A stretch of 64,000 bases of DNA from Macrostomum lignano (lineage: Eukaryota): NCBI GenBank assembly GCA_002269645.1, contig NIVC01003165.1:51852-115851 (forward strand), given 5' to 3'. The notes beneath the pieces were generated by a model. It ran no database searches. It had not been told where the DNA came from and saw nothing but the letters and a program-made list of their open reading frames with translations. Shown here piece by piece: positions 1 through 12,633 of the stretch (positions are counted from its first letter, which is position 1; every line of letters starts with the position of its first letter). A program made the translations under genes and the position numbers.

Positions 1-713
1 TGCTGTGGCCACGGAGCCACTTCCTGTTGGGCAGCTGGGCGGCTGACAGACCAAAAAGGACAAGAAATGTCAACACAAAGAAGGCTAAACTCCCGATCAA
101 TTTCATTGCAGCCCTTGATTTGGTCTAAAAGATTTGCAAACTGGTCTAACGTAAACAGGCGCACGAACGGAGACTCCTTAAATATATATTTGAGTTGCAA
201 TTAATTGTGAGCAGGAAGTCAATAAAATTAAAAAAAACTCGAGAAATCGATTGAATTTTGTCAAGTTACTGCAATTGAAATTGAAATTTTCAAAATAAAA
301 AACTGTGCTGATTCTGAATTCGTGGCGCTGGTCACGTATTAAGACTTCCTTCCTTCCTGCTTTTAATTTGATTCGCTTTTTGTTTTAATTCTTTGATTTT
401 GGTTTTAATTTTGGCTCGTAACTAACTTTTATATTGACTTTGATCTGAAAACCTGGCGAAGTTAGGGACAAAATATCCAAACTTATAAAAAACTCTTTTT
501 ATCAAATGATGCTTAGTATAAACCTAAAATAATTCCCTACTGATAATTTTCCCTCTTCTGCAACCACTACTGACATAAGTAGTTTATCTACAAGGCATCA
601 CAATGCCAATAAAATTTTATTGGCATCTATCGACACAACCTTTTGAATACGGTACAGAAGCAGTGAAATCTGGTAACAACTGACTTGGTGCTCTCAGCAC
701 TGCCTTTCATTTA

Positions 714-880
714 CCAAGCTTGTCTTGATGCTTTCAGGTCCATTGGTATGACCTACCAAGCTTGTCTTGATGCTTTCAGGTCCATTGGTATGACTTACCA
801 AGCTTGTCTTGATGCTTTCAGGTCCATTGGTATGACTTACCAAGCTTGTCTTGATGCTTTCAGCTTCGTTGGTATGACCT
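714..880. repeat. 42-bp tandem repeat (~4 copies), continuing after the LTR insertion at 1825-1850
   Basis: Unit TTACCAAGCTTGTCTTGATGCTTTCAGGTCCATTGGTATGAC is repeated. The ORFs 685..921 and 694..885 are its periodic translations. Confidence 0.9.
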
Positions 881-886
881 ACCATG

Positions 887-1824
887 TGTTATTGACTGTG
901 CATCGGGCCAAGGTGTTTTAACTAACTGACTAACTTTGGGGCTAGAATGTACATTGGTGTTCAATTACCTTATATGCATCGTGCGTTCAATTATGAGTAT
1001 CGTTCGTTTGATTGCGTAACACTGTTGTCAACGTGCATATGAGTATAAATATATTAAGCGAGACCTGACAGTCTACGTAAGTTTCACTATAACTAAAAAT
1101 ACAACGAATGGTGACCAGTGGACTCCCGTACCCAGCGGAGTTTCAACCAGTAACAGGCGAACCTCCTGTGCCATGGGCAAGGTGGATAAAGTCATTTGAG
1201 AACTTTCTGGTAGCTGGAGATCTCGAAGAGGCATCCGAGAGTCGGAAAACGGCGATCCTCCTGCATCTGCTCGGTGAGGAAGGACGCCGCCGAGCTGCAA
1301 ACATCGATGCAAGCAAGTCGCTTCAGGAGACCAAAAAGGCACTGAAAGGGATTTGAGCTTGTCGAAAAGCGTCATAGCAGAGCGTTTCGCCTTTCGGCAG
1401 CGAGCCCAGCACGACGGCGAGAGCATCGGAGACTACGTGATGGCCCTGAGAGAACTGGCAACAAACTGCAACTTTGGCACCTTCCACGACGAGATGATTC
1501 GAGACCAACTTGTGGAGAAAACCTGCGTGCCTCGCATCAGGGAAAGACTTCTGATGGAGGAGGACAATCTGACGCTAGATGACGCTGAGTGAATCGAGGC
1601 GGCCATCAGGGACGTCAAGCAGGTCAGCGCCCAGAGCTCCACGTGAAGGCGCTGAGCAAGAAGCCGAAGCCAGTTGCTCGCCATGAGAAGACTGCAGCAC
1701 CAGGTCCAAAGTGCACTCGATGTGGAGGCAACAACGGACAAAAAGGTGAATGCAAAGCGATGGGTCTGATGAGCGATGGGACCTGGGAGTCTACGTAAAT
1801 TTCACTATAACTAAAAATACAACA
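887..1824 (+). mobile_element. Internally deleted Ty3/Gypsy LTR retrotransposon (5' LTR 887-1106, PBS ~1109, gag remnant, only the last ~35 bp of the 3' LTR)
   Basis: Termini TGTT...AACA. The segment TCTACGTAA(G/A)TTTCACTATAACTAAAAATACAAC occurs at ~1072-1105 and ~1791-1823. TGGTGACC PBS-like sequence follows the first copy. The flanks CCATG/CCAAG look like a 5-bp TSD with one mismatch inside the 42-bp repeat. Confidence 0.8.
1108..1592 (+). pseudogene. gag: Frameshifted Ty3/Gypsy gag fragment
   Basis: Gypsy gag motifs 'W..W...FENFL.A', 'K.AILLHLLG', 'ERF.F..R.Q..GE.I..YV..LR.LA..C.FG....EMIRDQLV' are split over ORFs 1108..1356 and 1353..1592. Confidence 0.85.
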
Positions 1825-4282
1825 CCAAGCTTGTCTTGATGCTTTCAGGTCTGTTTGCGTGGCTTACCAAGCTTGAATTGATCGGTTCATGTTGCCCTGC
1901 TCCAGAAGAGGTTCTTGTTGTCTACCAGTGCTTTAAAAAGCTGTTCTTTTCTGTTTCTGTTCGAGATTAAAGCAATGTACGAGTGTAGATGATCACTGTT
2001 TATTGCTTCGATCTCTTCTAAAAGTTTGTATTTCTTGAAGAATTCGAGACAGGCTTTAAAGTACGCGTCCGTTATGTAGTAGTAGCAGTATATCTTTCGT
2101 TGATATATGTGACAGGCCCTACAGCCTTCCGAAGGTGGTTATAAATTTAAGAAAGTTTCCATAAAATTATTCCGGGATCGGCACACTGATGATAAATGAA
2201 TCCCTGTATACGCGAAACGGACTTGTCTGTTTTTTCTATTAATCGTTGACCACAGAAGGCTTTCAATGCGGAAGGAATTCAAAGACAATGTAGAGTTAGA
2301 TTCCAGGCTGACGTTATGCACCCTATATAGGCTTATATCCGGTTTGCATACGCTGCTGGTCAGAACAGCTGGTGACCGGCGACATTTCTGAAATCGAACA
2401 AGTCAGGCGAGTCATGTGTAATTGTTTCAGTGTCTGCCCTGTCTGCGGAATTTCCTGCAGTTCCATTTCACCGATTTTGCAATACGAGACAACTCCTTTA
2501 CTGTTGACTATTGAAACTCGGCGCTGAAATATTGATGACGATAATAACAAAGGGAACAGTGAATCTGCACCCGATCTAGTCAATTGCATGGCCCCGTAAT
2601 AAGACACTTTTCCTGTTGTCTGCTCGCGGTTTCTGCACGCGACAGACATTCCTCCCAGTGTTAGTGTAGCACCGAGTGACCGCGCGGCGGTTTATGCTAT
2701 CATTGCGGACCCGCAGATGCACTTTTGATTCGACTTACAGCTACATGTAAGCCTCGCGTCTGGTTAAAAGCTTTGATTTTCGTTCAAGATTTTGTTCCGC
2801 TTAGAAAAACTTTTTCCCAGAAAGTTGCTTTGCTCGCCTGAAGGTGGAGAAGTTTACTATTTCAACAGCCCTTATCGGGGTTCGTTCCCATGGGGTTCTT
2901 TCACCGTTTTGTGTCGCTCTTAGAGAATTCGCATCAACTTTTCGTGTACCTCTGACCAGCTGCCAGACTGTCTAGATGGCGAGCGACGCTTGGGATGGAG
3001 GGACAGAGGTCCAGGCAGATTGAGAGAGTCACATTATACCCGGGGCTTCTGCCCTGGTGAATTCCCTCACTTAGTCACTCCAGGCCTGGGCCATGCATTA
3101 GTCTGGCCGGCACTTGCGACGATGGAGTCAAACTTTTCTACTGGCTTACTCGGCTTAAAGAAAAGTCTTCTTTAAAATAATCATCCAAATTCCGGGCTTA
3201 AAGATGCTCTTCGATCATTTTTGCACCTTAGCTCGGATGGCACTCCGCTTCGCACTGGCCGCGCCCGCAGGGCTCCTGTGTGCCTCACTGCAGACGAGGT
3301 GCGGTGTCTTGTCGCATCACACGCGACTGCAGCTGAAGCCTTTTTGAATTCCTTGCGCAAGCAATACCCTGCTTTCCACTTTCCTCTGGGTGTTAAAATT
3401 GCCTCATGTTTTTATTTTATTATTTAAGAATGCGAAGTTGTTGTCATGTAGAAATTAATTCAGGCTGTACACATCAAATAGTCAAGCGCTATTGCTATGC
3501 TATAGTTTGACGCATTGATGCGTTGATTCAGGTTTTAAAGAACTTAAAAAGCCTTTTAAATCTTCGCACCTTAAGAAAAGTTTCCTGTAGAAATTTCTAT
3601 TTTTGCGTGTATTTGCATGCACGACCCACATAGTAAGATGAGCATAAAAATTTGTGTAAAAGTACATTGATTTATCATTTGTGGTAACTAATTTCGCCAT
3701 GCAGGGACCAACGAAATGGGCAAATTTATCAAGTAGCACCAACGTCATACACCTGTAATAACTTGAAAAATTGACGCCATTGTCTGAATGTTAGCAGGCT
3801 GCAATCTCTTATGGTAGACTCCATGATATATGATCATATCAATTGGTGATATCCAATGCAAAACTTTCAAGTTTTCAGAGTCGGACTCCATCATCTCCGA
3901 CTGGAGACGAATCAGGTCTGGCGCGCGGCGCATTTGCTCAGGAACGTCTGACTCAGCTGCGAGGGGGCGGCCTGACCTGAGCGCCACCCTAAGCTGGCGC
4001 CGCCAGGTGCTGCTGGGCCACTGCCACCGGAGTGACGGCCGCGGCGACCAAAAAGTCCCGTTGGCGCTGGTCCTCCTGCACCAGCTGACGGAGCAGAAAC
4101 GCCACGGTCAAGGACCTGACGCTGTGACGCTGACAGGCTGTTTTGAGGCTGACTTGCAGGCTCGGCCCCCAGACCGCACGCTGCCTGCCCCTCCCGTCTG
4201 TTTCCTCGAGCGCGTGTGCGCAAGAGCATACGAGCGTACATAGTTTTTTCGTGTATCTATCTGGTGTCCCAAAAGTTACCAG

Positions 4283-4808
4283 GGGGGTCTTTCTCGAAAG
4301 CAACTTACGATCGACAATAGACGTAAGTTTGGTAAGCTACACTTACGGGTTGCTCGAAGGGCTCGCAAGTTATCTATGCGTAAGATTGATCGCAACTTTA
4401 CGAGTCGTAACTTTGCGCAAAAGACTGTTTCTCGAAACGTTCGTATGTCTATGGTCTTTCGTAAGGTTGATCTTAACCCTACGACTGCTCGGTATCAGTC
4501 GTAAGACGCACTTAAGCACTAATCGCATAGTACGTGAAGCTCTAGTCAAGCCAAGTCAAGTTAAACTTTATCGAAAGTGGGTCTTTCTCGAAAGCAACTT
4601 ACGATAGACTAAGTAAAGATATTTGCAGATTTATGACCATAGACATGCAACTTTTCGTTTCAGATACGACTTACGAACAGCGTAAGCCACGCAAAGTCTA
4701 AGTGAGTCTTGAGAAAGCGTCTTACGAGCAAACTTACGCTACACGTAAATTTCTTTCTTACGATCTAACTTACCATAGAACTTACGTGAGTTTCGAGAAA
4801 CACCCCCC
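4283..4808. mobile_element. Non-autonomous PIF/Harbinger-like MITE inserted in the mariner left TIR
   Basis: TIRs GGGGGTCTTTCTCGAAA ... TTTCGAGAAACACCCCC, with a 3-bp CAG duplication (4280-82 and 4809-11). An internal partial repeat of the TIR is at ~4580. Confidence 0.75.
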
Positions 4809-5018
4809 CAGAATGTTTGCTCTAGCTCCTCAGTATTTTGATGTTGTATGTCTCAATTAAAGTAAAGATATTTTTTCAACAAAAAGGTCGTCATTTGAAT
4901 TTCCTTTTCCATAGATGTCAAAACGTCTATGGATTAAACCAGTAAAATTGCTGATCAGATTTGCCGCTTGATTTCCCTTTAGAGTCAGCGGAGTCAAGTT
5001 TTTGCCCTGTGGTCTGCA

Positions 5019-5320
5019 GGGGTTGTAGCCTAATGGTCAGAGCGCCGGACTCACGACTTGAAGGTCGGGGTTCGATTCTTGACTCACTCGGAACAATTTG
5101 TGTCCTTGAGCAAGACACATCTCTGAATTGCTTCAGTTCACCCAGCTGTAGAATGGGTACCAGCATTAGCTGGGGTAATTGAGGGTGTGTGGCGACCCCC
5201 CAGTCCTTGGACTGAACAGCCGTACGCAGCCTTCAGATGCGCCGCGCAATAGCTGCGGCTGAGCTGTCGGTTGCACATCTGCCCATTAGGGCAGGTGTAA
5301 TCAATTGTTATTGTTATTAT
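5019..5320 (+). mobile_element. tRNA-derived SINE (family A), copy 1
   Basis: tRNA-like head with A box (TAGCCTAATGG) and B box (GGTTCGATTC), a central GTGTCCTTGAGCAAG...CACCCAGCTGTAGAATGGGTAC block and a (TTA/TTG)n tail. TCTGCAG is duplicated on both sides. A near-identical copy is at 60359. Confidence 0.85.
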
Positions 5321-5326
5321 CTGCAG

Positions 5327-5645
5327 AATGGAGTGGAGCCAAAATTGCGGAGCATCTTTTCTCTATCCATGGTGAGAACAGCATTAAGAAAACAGCTATT
5401 TACGGATGGATCCAACGGTTCAAGGATGGTCAGTCGTCCACTGTGAATGACCAGCAACGCTCTGGCCGACCCTGCACGTCGGGTGACGAGACATCCTGTC
5501 AACGGGTCATGGCCCTGTTGGACTCAGATGCTCATCTGACAGTTCGAGAATTATCTGATCAATTGAACGTTTACAAATCAACTGTCCATCGAATCGTCAC
5601 CGCTGATCTGAATCTCTCAAAGATTTCTGCCCGTTGGTGCCCCGC
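5327..5645 (+). pseudogene. mariner transposase N-terminal HTH remnant (no DDD domain)
   Basis: 'IYGWIQRFKDG...VND..RSGRP', 'LTVRELS..LNV.KSTVHRIV..DL.LSKISARW.P' are typical mariner HTH and WVP motifs. Confidence 0.85.
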
Positions 5646-7045
5646 CTCCTCACACCGGAGCTCAAGGCACAGACATTTAAGGTACTAACCTTCCTTCACA
5701 TTTCCTGATACAACTCTTAGTCAGAACCAGATAGAATGAAAATTCAAATGGACAAGCTTTTAGCTGAAAAATTATCGTTTGTTTCGAAAAAAATCGAAAG
5801 TGGTCAAGCTACTGAGGAGCTAGAGCAAATATTACGGGAACTTTTGGGACAACCCCTATCCAGTATCTCTATCTATCTAGTATCTACATGTATCTAGTGT
5901 CTGAAAAGTGCCCTTCTCCCGTGTTTGCTTAAGGATCACTTTCGCTACTTTTGATAAAATTTGTTTTGACGGCTGCTCCCGCGGACAAATTTTTGTCGGA
6001 GGGCGCTCGCCATTCATAATTCTTATTGCCCGTAATCTCTGATGACTTACGACTGGCGCATTGTGCCTGACGGAATTTGATTCTGGGCCGTGACGAGAGG
6101 CGGACGAGAGGCAACTCATCCCAGTCAAAGCCCCAGCTAAATTGGCTCCGGTGGACATAAAGATAATAATTACTTCTGCTGGCTGACCGCTGAGCGGTCG
6201 TACTTGTTATTTTGTTTGCGCTATGCGGCCCAGCGGAGGTTGAGAGTCTTAATGGACTGCTGGTTTATGCCGCGGAATGAATGCTTCATCTGAGGCCAGC
6301 GGGTGCGGCCGCCTCGCAACTGCCTGCCTCAGACAGGGGAATGGCATCTGCAGCCCGGAGTCTCTTGAAAACCCAATTAGAACCGGTGGCAGGCTAACCG
6401 AAAATCCTCGAATTGCTAGACTTTGTTGCAACGCGAATTGCTACAAGTCCAGACCCGGGAAAATCCAGCTATGCAGGCAATGCAGGCATCAGGCTCTGAC
6501 CGCAGCACCACATGAAGCTGCTTATCGGCTGTCTGCGCTGATGAGGTGCGAAAGAATTATGCTAATAAAAGAGTACTAATGAATTCGCAAGCATGGATCA
6601 AATATAATAATTCGCCAACCGAAGTGTTCCTTTTGCGAATTGACTGCTGCTGTTTTGGGTCTTGGTTGACAAAGACTTCTCATCAACTCAGTGTTGTGCA
6701 CGAGAAATATTTAAAAGGCATATTTTTTACAGAAGAAAATTAAGCTCGACAAAAATTTATATGTTTTCTCGTGGATAGACGATTATCAGAATTGGGGCGA
6801 CCAAATCTACATAGGCCACTATAAAGTAGCTCGTATAAGTGAAGAAAAATTTAATAGTCTGTGAGGATTTGATAAAAATTGAGAAAGCCTTCAAACACGT
6901 AAGAATGAACGCTCAAAAGTCTTCCATCAGAGTCTACGCAATAAAATACGGACCAACTTGGCAAATGCATTGCAGGCATTATGCCATAACTTTACCGGTC
7001 CTGTTGCATCAGTTTTGATCAATGTGACTGTCCTGAATCCCAGCA

Positions 7046-8896
7046 TTACCGAACGCACTCGGTGGGACAGTTGTCATAGAATGATGGCAGCGGCTTTGAA
7101 AGGATCAACAAAGGCAGTTGAGTTTCAGCATCTTCAATATCGTTGGCGGCAGTTCGGAAATCACCGTTCTGTCTGCTTCTGGGCAAGCTGCCAAGAGCTC
7201 TGGCAAAATTCTCGTCGGCTTCTTCGGTTGCGCCTGCACCTGCTGCTGCAGGCTGTTTGGCTGTGAATCCGCAGCTTTGCAGCAATCTCTTACTGGATAG
7301 GTAGAGCAGCTCCAGCAGCTCGAATGCAGTAGTGACAGTCACGCCCAGTGTGAGGCCTCCCATACCTCCAAGTCGGCTCAGGAGCGCGCTGAGACTGATC
7401 TGGAGGGTCTCCCTGTTCACCTGCGTGGTGTAGTCGAACCGGCTGACTGTCACTAGGGCCATTTTCTTCGACAGCCGTTTTTCCAAGCGACGAAGTCTGG
7501 TAACCTGCGGAGCGGTGGCGATTAACTCAAGTTGGCTAAAGGACAGCAGCTGCTCCAGCTTCTCTACCGCTTTCCGGCTAACGGGCCGCTCGGATAACGC
7601 ATTCAACGCACTGGAAATGTCACTCATCCAGTGGATCTGCCACAGCCGAAGAAACCAATCTGCGGCCGACAATTGGCTTTCGTAGTGAAAGAAGCTGCAA
7701 CGTTTCGGGCACTCCGTCTGGCTGACACTGTTCGTCAGCTCGCTCAGATTTAGGTTGCGGACGCAGTTCAGTCTTCGAATAAAATCCATTGGATGCTCAG
7801 CGCTGTAAAAGCCGCAGTAGGGAGCCTTTTCTTGGGCATCGCTAGCCAAAGGTCGCACATGGTAGGTCGAAGTGCAATTGCACTTTTCCGTAATCAGCTG
7901 GCCGATGTGGCTGCTTAGACATGCATCAAAAGTATACAAGTACTTGCTGTCATCGTCCTGAATTATCGGCAATTGAGACGCTTCGGAGCATTCACCCTCC
8001 GGACAATTCTGTTTTTCCACCTTCACTGGCCGGTACTTGATCAGCGTCGAAGTTTGCATTTGTACGCTGAAACTCTGCGTGTCAATTAGCGGATAGGTGC
8101 CCGGCTCATGCAGAACGATCCGAAACCCGGAGGCTTCGTTAAACACGTTGAATGCGTAGTCTTCGCTTGACGAATCCTCCAAGTCAGACTCCGTCAGATT
8201 GAAGTCGTTCATCAGCATTTCATTTTGGTGAGCATTGGATAGCAGAATCGACAAGCTGCTCACGTAGCTAGAATCTGGCTGCAAAAGCTCCAGGTCGTGG
8301 CAAAAGAAAAAATCCGGATGATGAAAACTGCTGCTTTCCTGGAACTCGCAGTCCTCTTCGTGAGCCACTGATGGATTGCCATTGGCGCTGTGTCGCATGA
8401 TGCAGAACGGCATTAAATCATTGAAGCTGTACGCCAGCTGCTTGGCAGAGGACTCGTTGATGAACTGAAAATAGGTGGACACCTTGTCGCTGTGGAATAA
8501 GCTGGCCGCTTCTTTGTAGCGACCGTCCCGCAAAAAATCTCCCATGCCGCGGCGAAGCTGGCGGGAGAATTCAGCCGGACTGGCAATGCGGCCTTCCCTC
8601 CAGAGCTTCAACGCCCGCGCGGAGAACGGGCTCATGGAGCAAATCGTCAAGCTGGGAAATGGCGTCGGGTCGTTGAGCCGCTTCTCAATCTGATAGCTCT
8701 TGTGGTACTCGAAGAACTCACTGAACAGGTCGCAGGTTCCGTAGCCAAGTAGAACGGTCATGCTGATGAGGTAAAGCAGCCACAGCAGACGCAGTGCTGA
8801 GTACTTTGTGGTGTAGCACTTCTTTATGCCACGAATAGTTGTATTTTCGATAAATGTAGATACGAGAAATTTTGGAAAGGCTAGGGTTTTGCTCAT
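7046..8896 (-). CDS. DEG/ENaC (ASC family) amiloride-sensitive-type sodium channel subunit, single exon, 616 aa
   Basis: Pre-TM1 'TTIRG', hydrophobic TM1, 'FPSLTICSMSPF', 'GFRIVLHEPG.YP', Cys-rich thumb ('C...C...CNC...C...C...ECP..C'), TM2 'LSRLGGMGGLTLGVTVTTAFELLE'. Confidence 0.93.
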   Translation of the reverse strand: MSKTLAFPKFLVSTFIENTTIRGIKKCYTTKYSALRLLWLLYLISMTVLLGYGTCDLFSEFFEYHKSYQIEKRLNDPTPFPSLTICSMSPFSARALKLWREGRIASPAEFSRQLRRGMGDFLRDGRYKEAASLFHSDKVSTYFQFINESSAKQLAYSFNDLMPFCIMRHSANGNPSVAHEEDCEFQESSSFHHPDFFFCHDLELLQPDSSYVSSLSILLSNAHQNEMLMNDFNLTESDLEDSSSEDYAFNVFNEASGFRIVLHEPGTYPLIDTQSFSVQMQTSTLIKYRPVKVEKQNCPEGECSEASQLPIIQDDDSKYLYTFDACLSSHIGQLITEKCNCTSTYHVRPLASDAQEKAPYCGFYSAEHPMDFIRRLNCVRNLNLSELTNSVSQTECPKRCSFFHYESQLSAADWFLRLWQIHWMSDISSALNALSERPVSRKAVEKLEQLLSFSQLELIATAPQVTRLRRLEKRLSKKMALVTVSRFDYTTQVNRETLQISLSALLSRLGGMGGLTLGVTVTTAFELLELLYLSSKRLLQSCGFTAKQPAAAGAGATEEADENFARALGSLPRSRQNGDFRTAANDIEDAETQLPLLILSKPLPSFYDNCPTECVR

Positions 8897-10265
8897 GTTG
8901 TAATTCTAGGCAAGGGAAGTTCTGGATGTATCTTCTTAGGATGGCAATCACTGCCCAATTATGGCATTAAAGCTGCAACTACTTTTGTGCGCCCAGAACT
9001 TTTACGTGAATTTGCGTGCAATTTTCAAATACAGTTGTATTCATTTCATTGGCTATGTCTGTCTCTGGCTAAACTGGACGAGAGCGAATCCGGCGCTGCG
9101 ATATGATTACTACCACCAGTGATGCGAGCCGTAGAATGGAAAATGCCTGTGAAGACTCCGATTGGTCGTAGGTTTTGGTGTTGAAACTCTTACTATCAGC
9201 AGTATAATACATAATGCATGCACGTGTACTGTACAGTTGTATGTGTAAACTCTTAAAATTTCCAACGACAGAATGACATTGCTTGATTTTAGATAGGTGA
9301 GTTTGGTCACTGAGGAGTTTTTAGGTAAAAATATGAGGCACGGCCGGCTACTCGAAGACGCGGTTCCACTTTCGTTAATTTTGTCGTAGGAGTTCCTAAT
9401 TTCTATAGAGCCAATTAAATTTTCTCATGTGCGAGGCGCGGCTGTAAGCGTTAATTAATCTGACCCCCAAAAGTACTCCAGAATTTTTTCGAATGACGAG
9501 CGCGTATTTTTCTCTTACATGTAAATCTCTTTAAATTTTCCATTGTAGCTTGAGTAGCTCGATCGCATTAATCTCCTATTATCTTCGGTAATCTCTTGCG
9601 GAAGCTAAAATATTTTGTCGTCATGCACAAATTTTTAAATTACGGCTAGACATGTCAAGTTTCTGGGGGTCTGGGAGAGGCCACCTATTATAGGGGATGC
9701 TGTTTATAGGAGTTTAAGGCTTAGAGCCAATTAGAGTAGAGGCATTCAAATCCTAACTATAACTGCATACTATATACTACATAGTGAGTTATTGGGACTT
9801 AAAATATTAATATATAACTGATATCAAATTCATACTGTACACATCCAGTTAATTTTCAAGTTACATACAGGAATTACTGACTTTTATATGTATGTATAAG
9901 GACTCTGTTCTCCAGCTGAGTGATAAATTATGGATGCTTGGATCTAGCAAGCTAGCTATAAATTCCTATAATCGTCTGACATGTGTACTTCACCGGTTCA
10001 CCCCGCAACATCATAGTGCTACTCACATTGAAAAATATTCGAAGAATCATTTTTTAACAAGCATATTGCTCCTTTATCACAAAAAGTAAAAAGCTGTTCC
10101 CACGAAATATTTTAGGCCTACTTAACGCATTAAAAGGGTCATTTTTTATTTCAATATGGTCTGTATTTGTTAGGCCTAATTGCCAATAGCCCTTTGTTAT
10201 ACAATACTGCGTTCTCGGAAATTTTGATTTTCGTTTTTCGCTTTTGCATATTGTAAACTTAACAG

Positions 10266-11212
10266 ACGTATCTGTTTCCCCATAGATATTCGTATTGATA
10301 TTCAATTTCTAACAAATGCAACAAAATAAACCTACTTGTACAGCTCGGATTTGCATGAAAATTTACAGAAAAATTATTACACACAAAACAAACACCTCTG
10401 TGAAACTTCAAGTCCATCAGACCACGCAAAGCGGAATGGCAAGAGTTTTAAAGGTGCTCGTATTTATAATGCATTGTATATGCGCACAGTGTATAACATG
10501 TATGCCCATTTGCAACACTTGTACAGCTCGGATTTGCATGAAAATTTACAGAAAAATTATTACACACAAAACAAACACCTCTGTGAAACTTCAAGTCCAT
10601 CAGACCACGCAAAGCGGAATGGCAAGAGTTTTAAAGGTGCTCGTATTTATAATGCATTGTATATGCGCACAGTGTATAACATGTATGCCCATTTGCAACA
10701 CTTGTACAGCTCGGATTTGCATGAAAATTTACAGAAAAATTATTACACACAAAACAAACACCTCTGTGAAACTTCAAGTCCATCAGACCACGCAAAGCGG
10801 AATGGCAAGAGTTTTAAAGGTGCTCGTATTTATAATGCATTGTATATGCGCACAGTGTATAACATGTATGCTCATTTGCAATACTTGTACAGCTCGGATT
10901 TGCATGAAAATTTACAGAAAAATTATTACACACAAAACAAACACCTCTGTGAAACTTCAAGTCCATCAGACCACGCAAAGCGGAATGGCAAGAGTTTTAA
11001 AGGTGCTCGTATTTATAATGCATTGTATATGCGCACAGTGTATAACATGTATGCTCATTTGCAACACTTGTACAGCTCGGATTTGCATGAAAATTTACAG
11101 AAAAATTATTACACACAAAACAAACATCTTTGTGAAACTTCAAGTCCATCAGACCACGCAAAGCGGAATGGCAAGAGTTTTAAAGGTGCTCGTATTTATA
11201 ATGCATTGTATA
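10266..11212 (+). repeat. Left TIR: ~70 bp unique end plus ~4.8 copies of a 183-bp unit
   Basis: Unit starts recur at 10335, 10518, and onward. The ORFs 10316..11215 and 10336..11262 show a 61-aa periodicity. Confidence 0.95.
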
Positions 11213-11419
11213 TGAATTCCAATCCCAGCCGGAACTACTTTTGCTTGTGTTCCAGAATATGAAGTTATACTCAAACACAGAACTTGTTAATAATTATAGG
11301 ATAGAGTTAAAAATAAAAGTGGAGTATAAGTTCGTATAAAATTAGAATTTGAGGCAAGCATTAATCACATGTTGGCTTGTGGTGTTGCCCAAGAATGTCA
11401 GGCAATGTCTGTCTTAAAA

Positions 11420-12576
11420 CAAGTATTGGCAAACTCCGGCCTCTGTCCCTGCGCCTCCCTACGTCCCTAGATTCCTTTGAAACTTCAGTCAATTCTCTAC
11501 TGTTTCCTCTCTTCTCTATCGTCTCTCATCCTTTCCCTCCCATCTCATCTCATCTCTTTTTTCCTCTCTCCTTTATTTCTTCCTTCTCCCCGATCTTTTC
11601 TTGTCTCTCCTTATCTTTCTTTGGTTTTTCTACTCTCTTCTCTCTCATTGCTTTATCATCTCTCCTTTCTCTTCTTATTTTCTGCTCTCTTATCTCTTCT
11701 TATTTATCTCTGCTCTCTACTCTCTATTCTCTCTCCCCTCTGTATAAATTCTCACTCCTCACTCTCCCCTCTTTCTTGACACTTCCCACTTCTCTCCTCT
11801 CTCCGATCTCTTCTCTCTACTCTCCCCCGATCTGCTCTCGTCTCTCATCTCTTCTATCATCTCTTTACTCTCTCCTCTCTCGTCTCAATCCTCTGTAATA
11901 TATCTTTCCTGCCTCATACTCTCTCTCATTATCTGATCTGTAGTCTCCTTTTATCATCTCTCCTCTCTCAACTTCCTCCACTACTCTCACCTCTCCTCTC
12001 CATCTCTCTCTCCCTCGCTCTTATCTCTCCACTCATCTCTCTGTTCTCTGCTCTCCCATCTCTCATCTCCTTACTATATTCTCTCCCCTCTCCGTTCTTC
12101 TCTTTCCTCTCCTCTCCCCTGTCTCTCCCTTTCCCCTCTCTCCCTTTTGCTCTCGATTCTCTCCCATCTTTTCTCCTCTTTCCTCACTCCACTTCTCTCT
12201 CTCCCTTTGTCTCTCCTCTCTGCTTTCGTGTCTGTAATAGATTCTCTCTTATCACTTCTATCTCCGCTGTTCTCTATTCTACCATCTGTCGTCTGTTCAC
12301 TCTCGTATCTGCTCTCTCGATCATCTCTACTCTCTATTCTGTTATCTTTACTCTTATATGTTCTCAAATCTCTCCTCTGTACTATTTTCTTTCCCCTCTT
12401 ATGACTCCTCTCTTCCAATCTCTTCTCTCCTCTCTCTCCACTCTCTAATCTCTAATCTCTTCTCTCTCATCTCTACTTTCTCCTCTCTCCTCTCTCTCCA
12501 CTCTCTAATCTCTACTCTCTTCTCTCTCATCTCTACTTTCTCCTCTTCCCTCTCTCTCCCATCTCATCTATCTCCT

Positions 12577-12633
<57 letters not shown>

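Larger units (their letters stand above)
4260..5856 (+). mobile_element. Degenerate mariner-type DNA transposon carrying two nested insertions
   Basis: The left TIR (GTGTCCCAAAAGTTACCAG|AATGTTTGCTCTAGCTCCTCAGTA, split by the MITE) matches the reverse complement of the right TIR at ~5806-5856. TA flanks at 4258-59 and 5857-58. A transposase N-terminal remnant lies inside. Confidence 0.8.

Noticed and set aside
2800-4250. Minus-strand ORF fragments (3500..3748, 3745..3987, 3989..4303) that might be a decayed gene or transposon
   Set aside because: I recognised no motif with confidence; a translated search is needed.
5019-5095. tRNA gene calls here, at 38190-38264 and at 60359-60430
   Set aside because: The cloverleaves are imperfect and continue into SINE bodies and tails.
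10316-11262. 299-aa and 308-aa ORFs, and their mirror copies at 18706-19440
   Set aside because: They are stop-free frames of the 183-bp TIR repeat.
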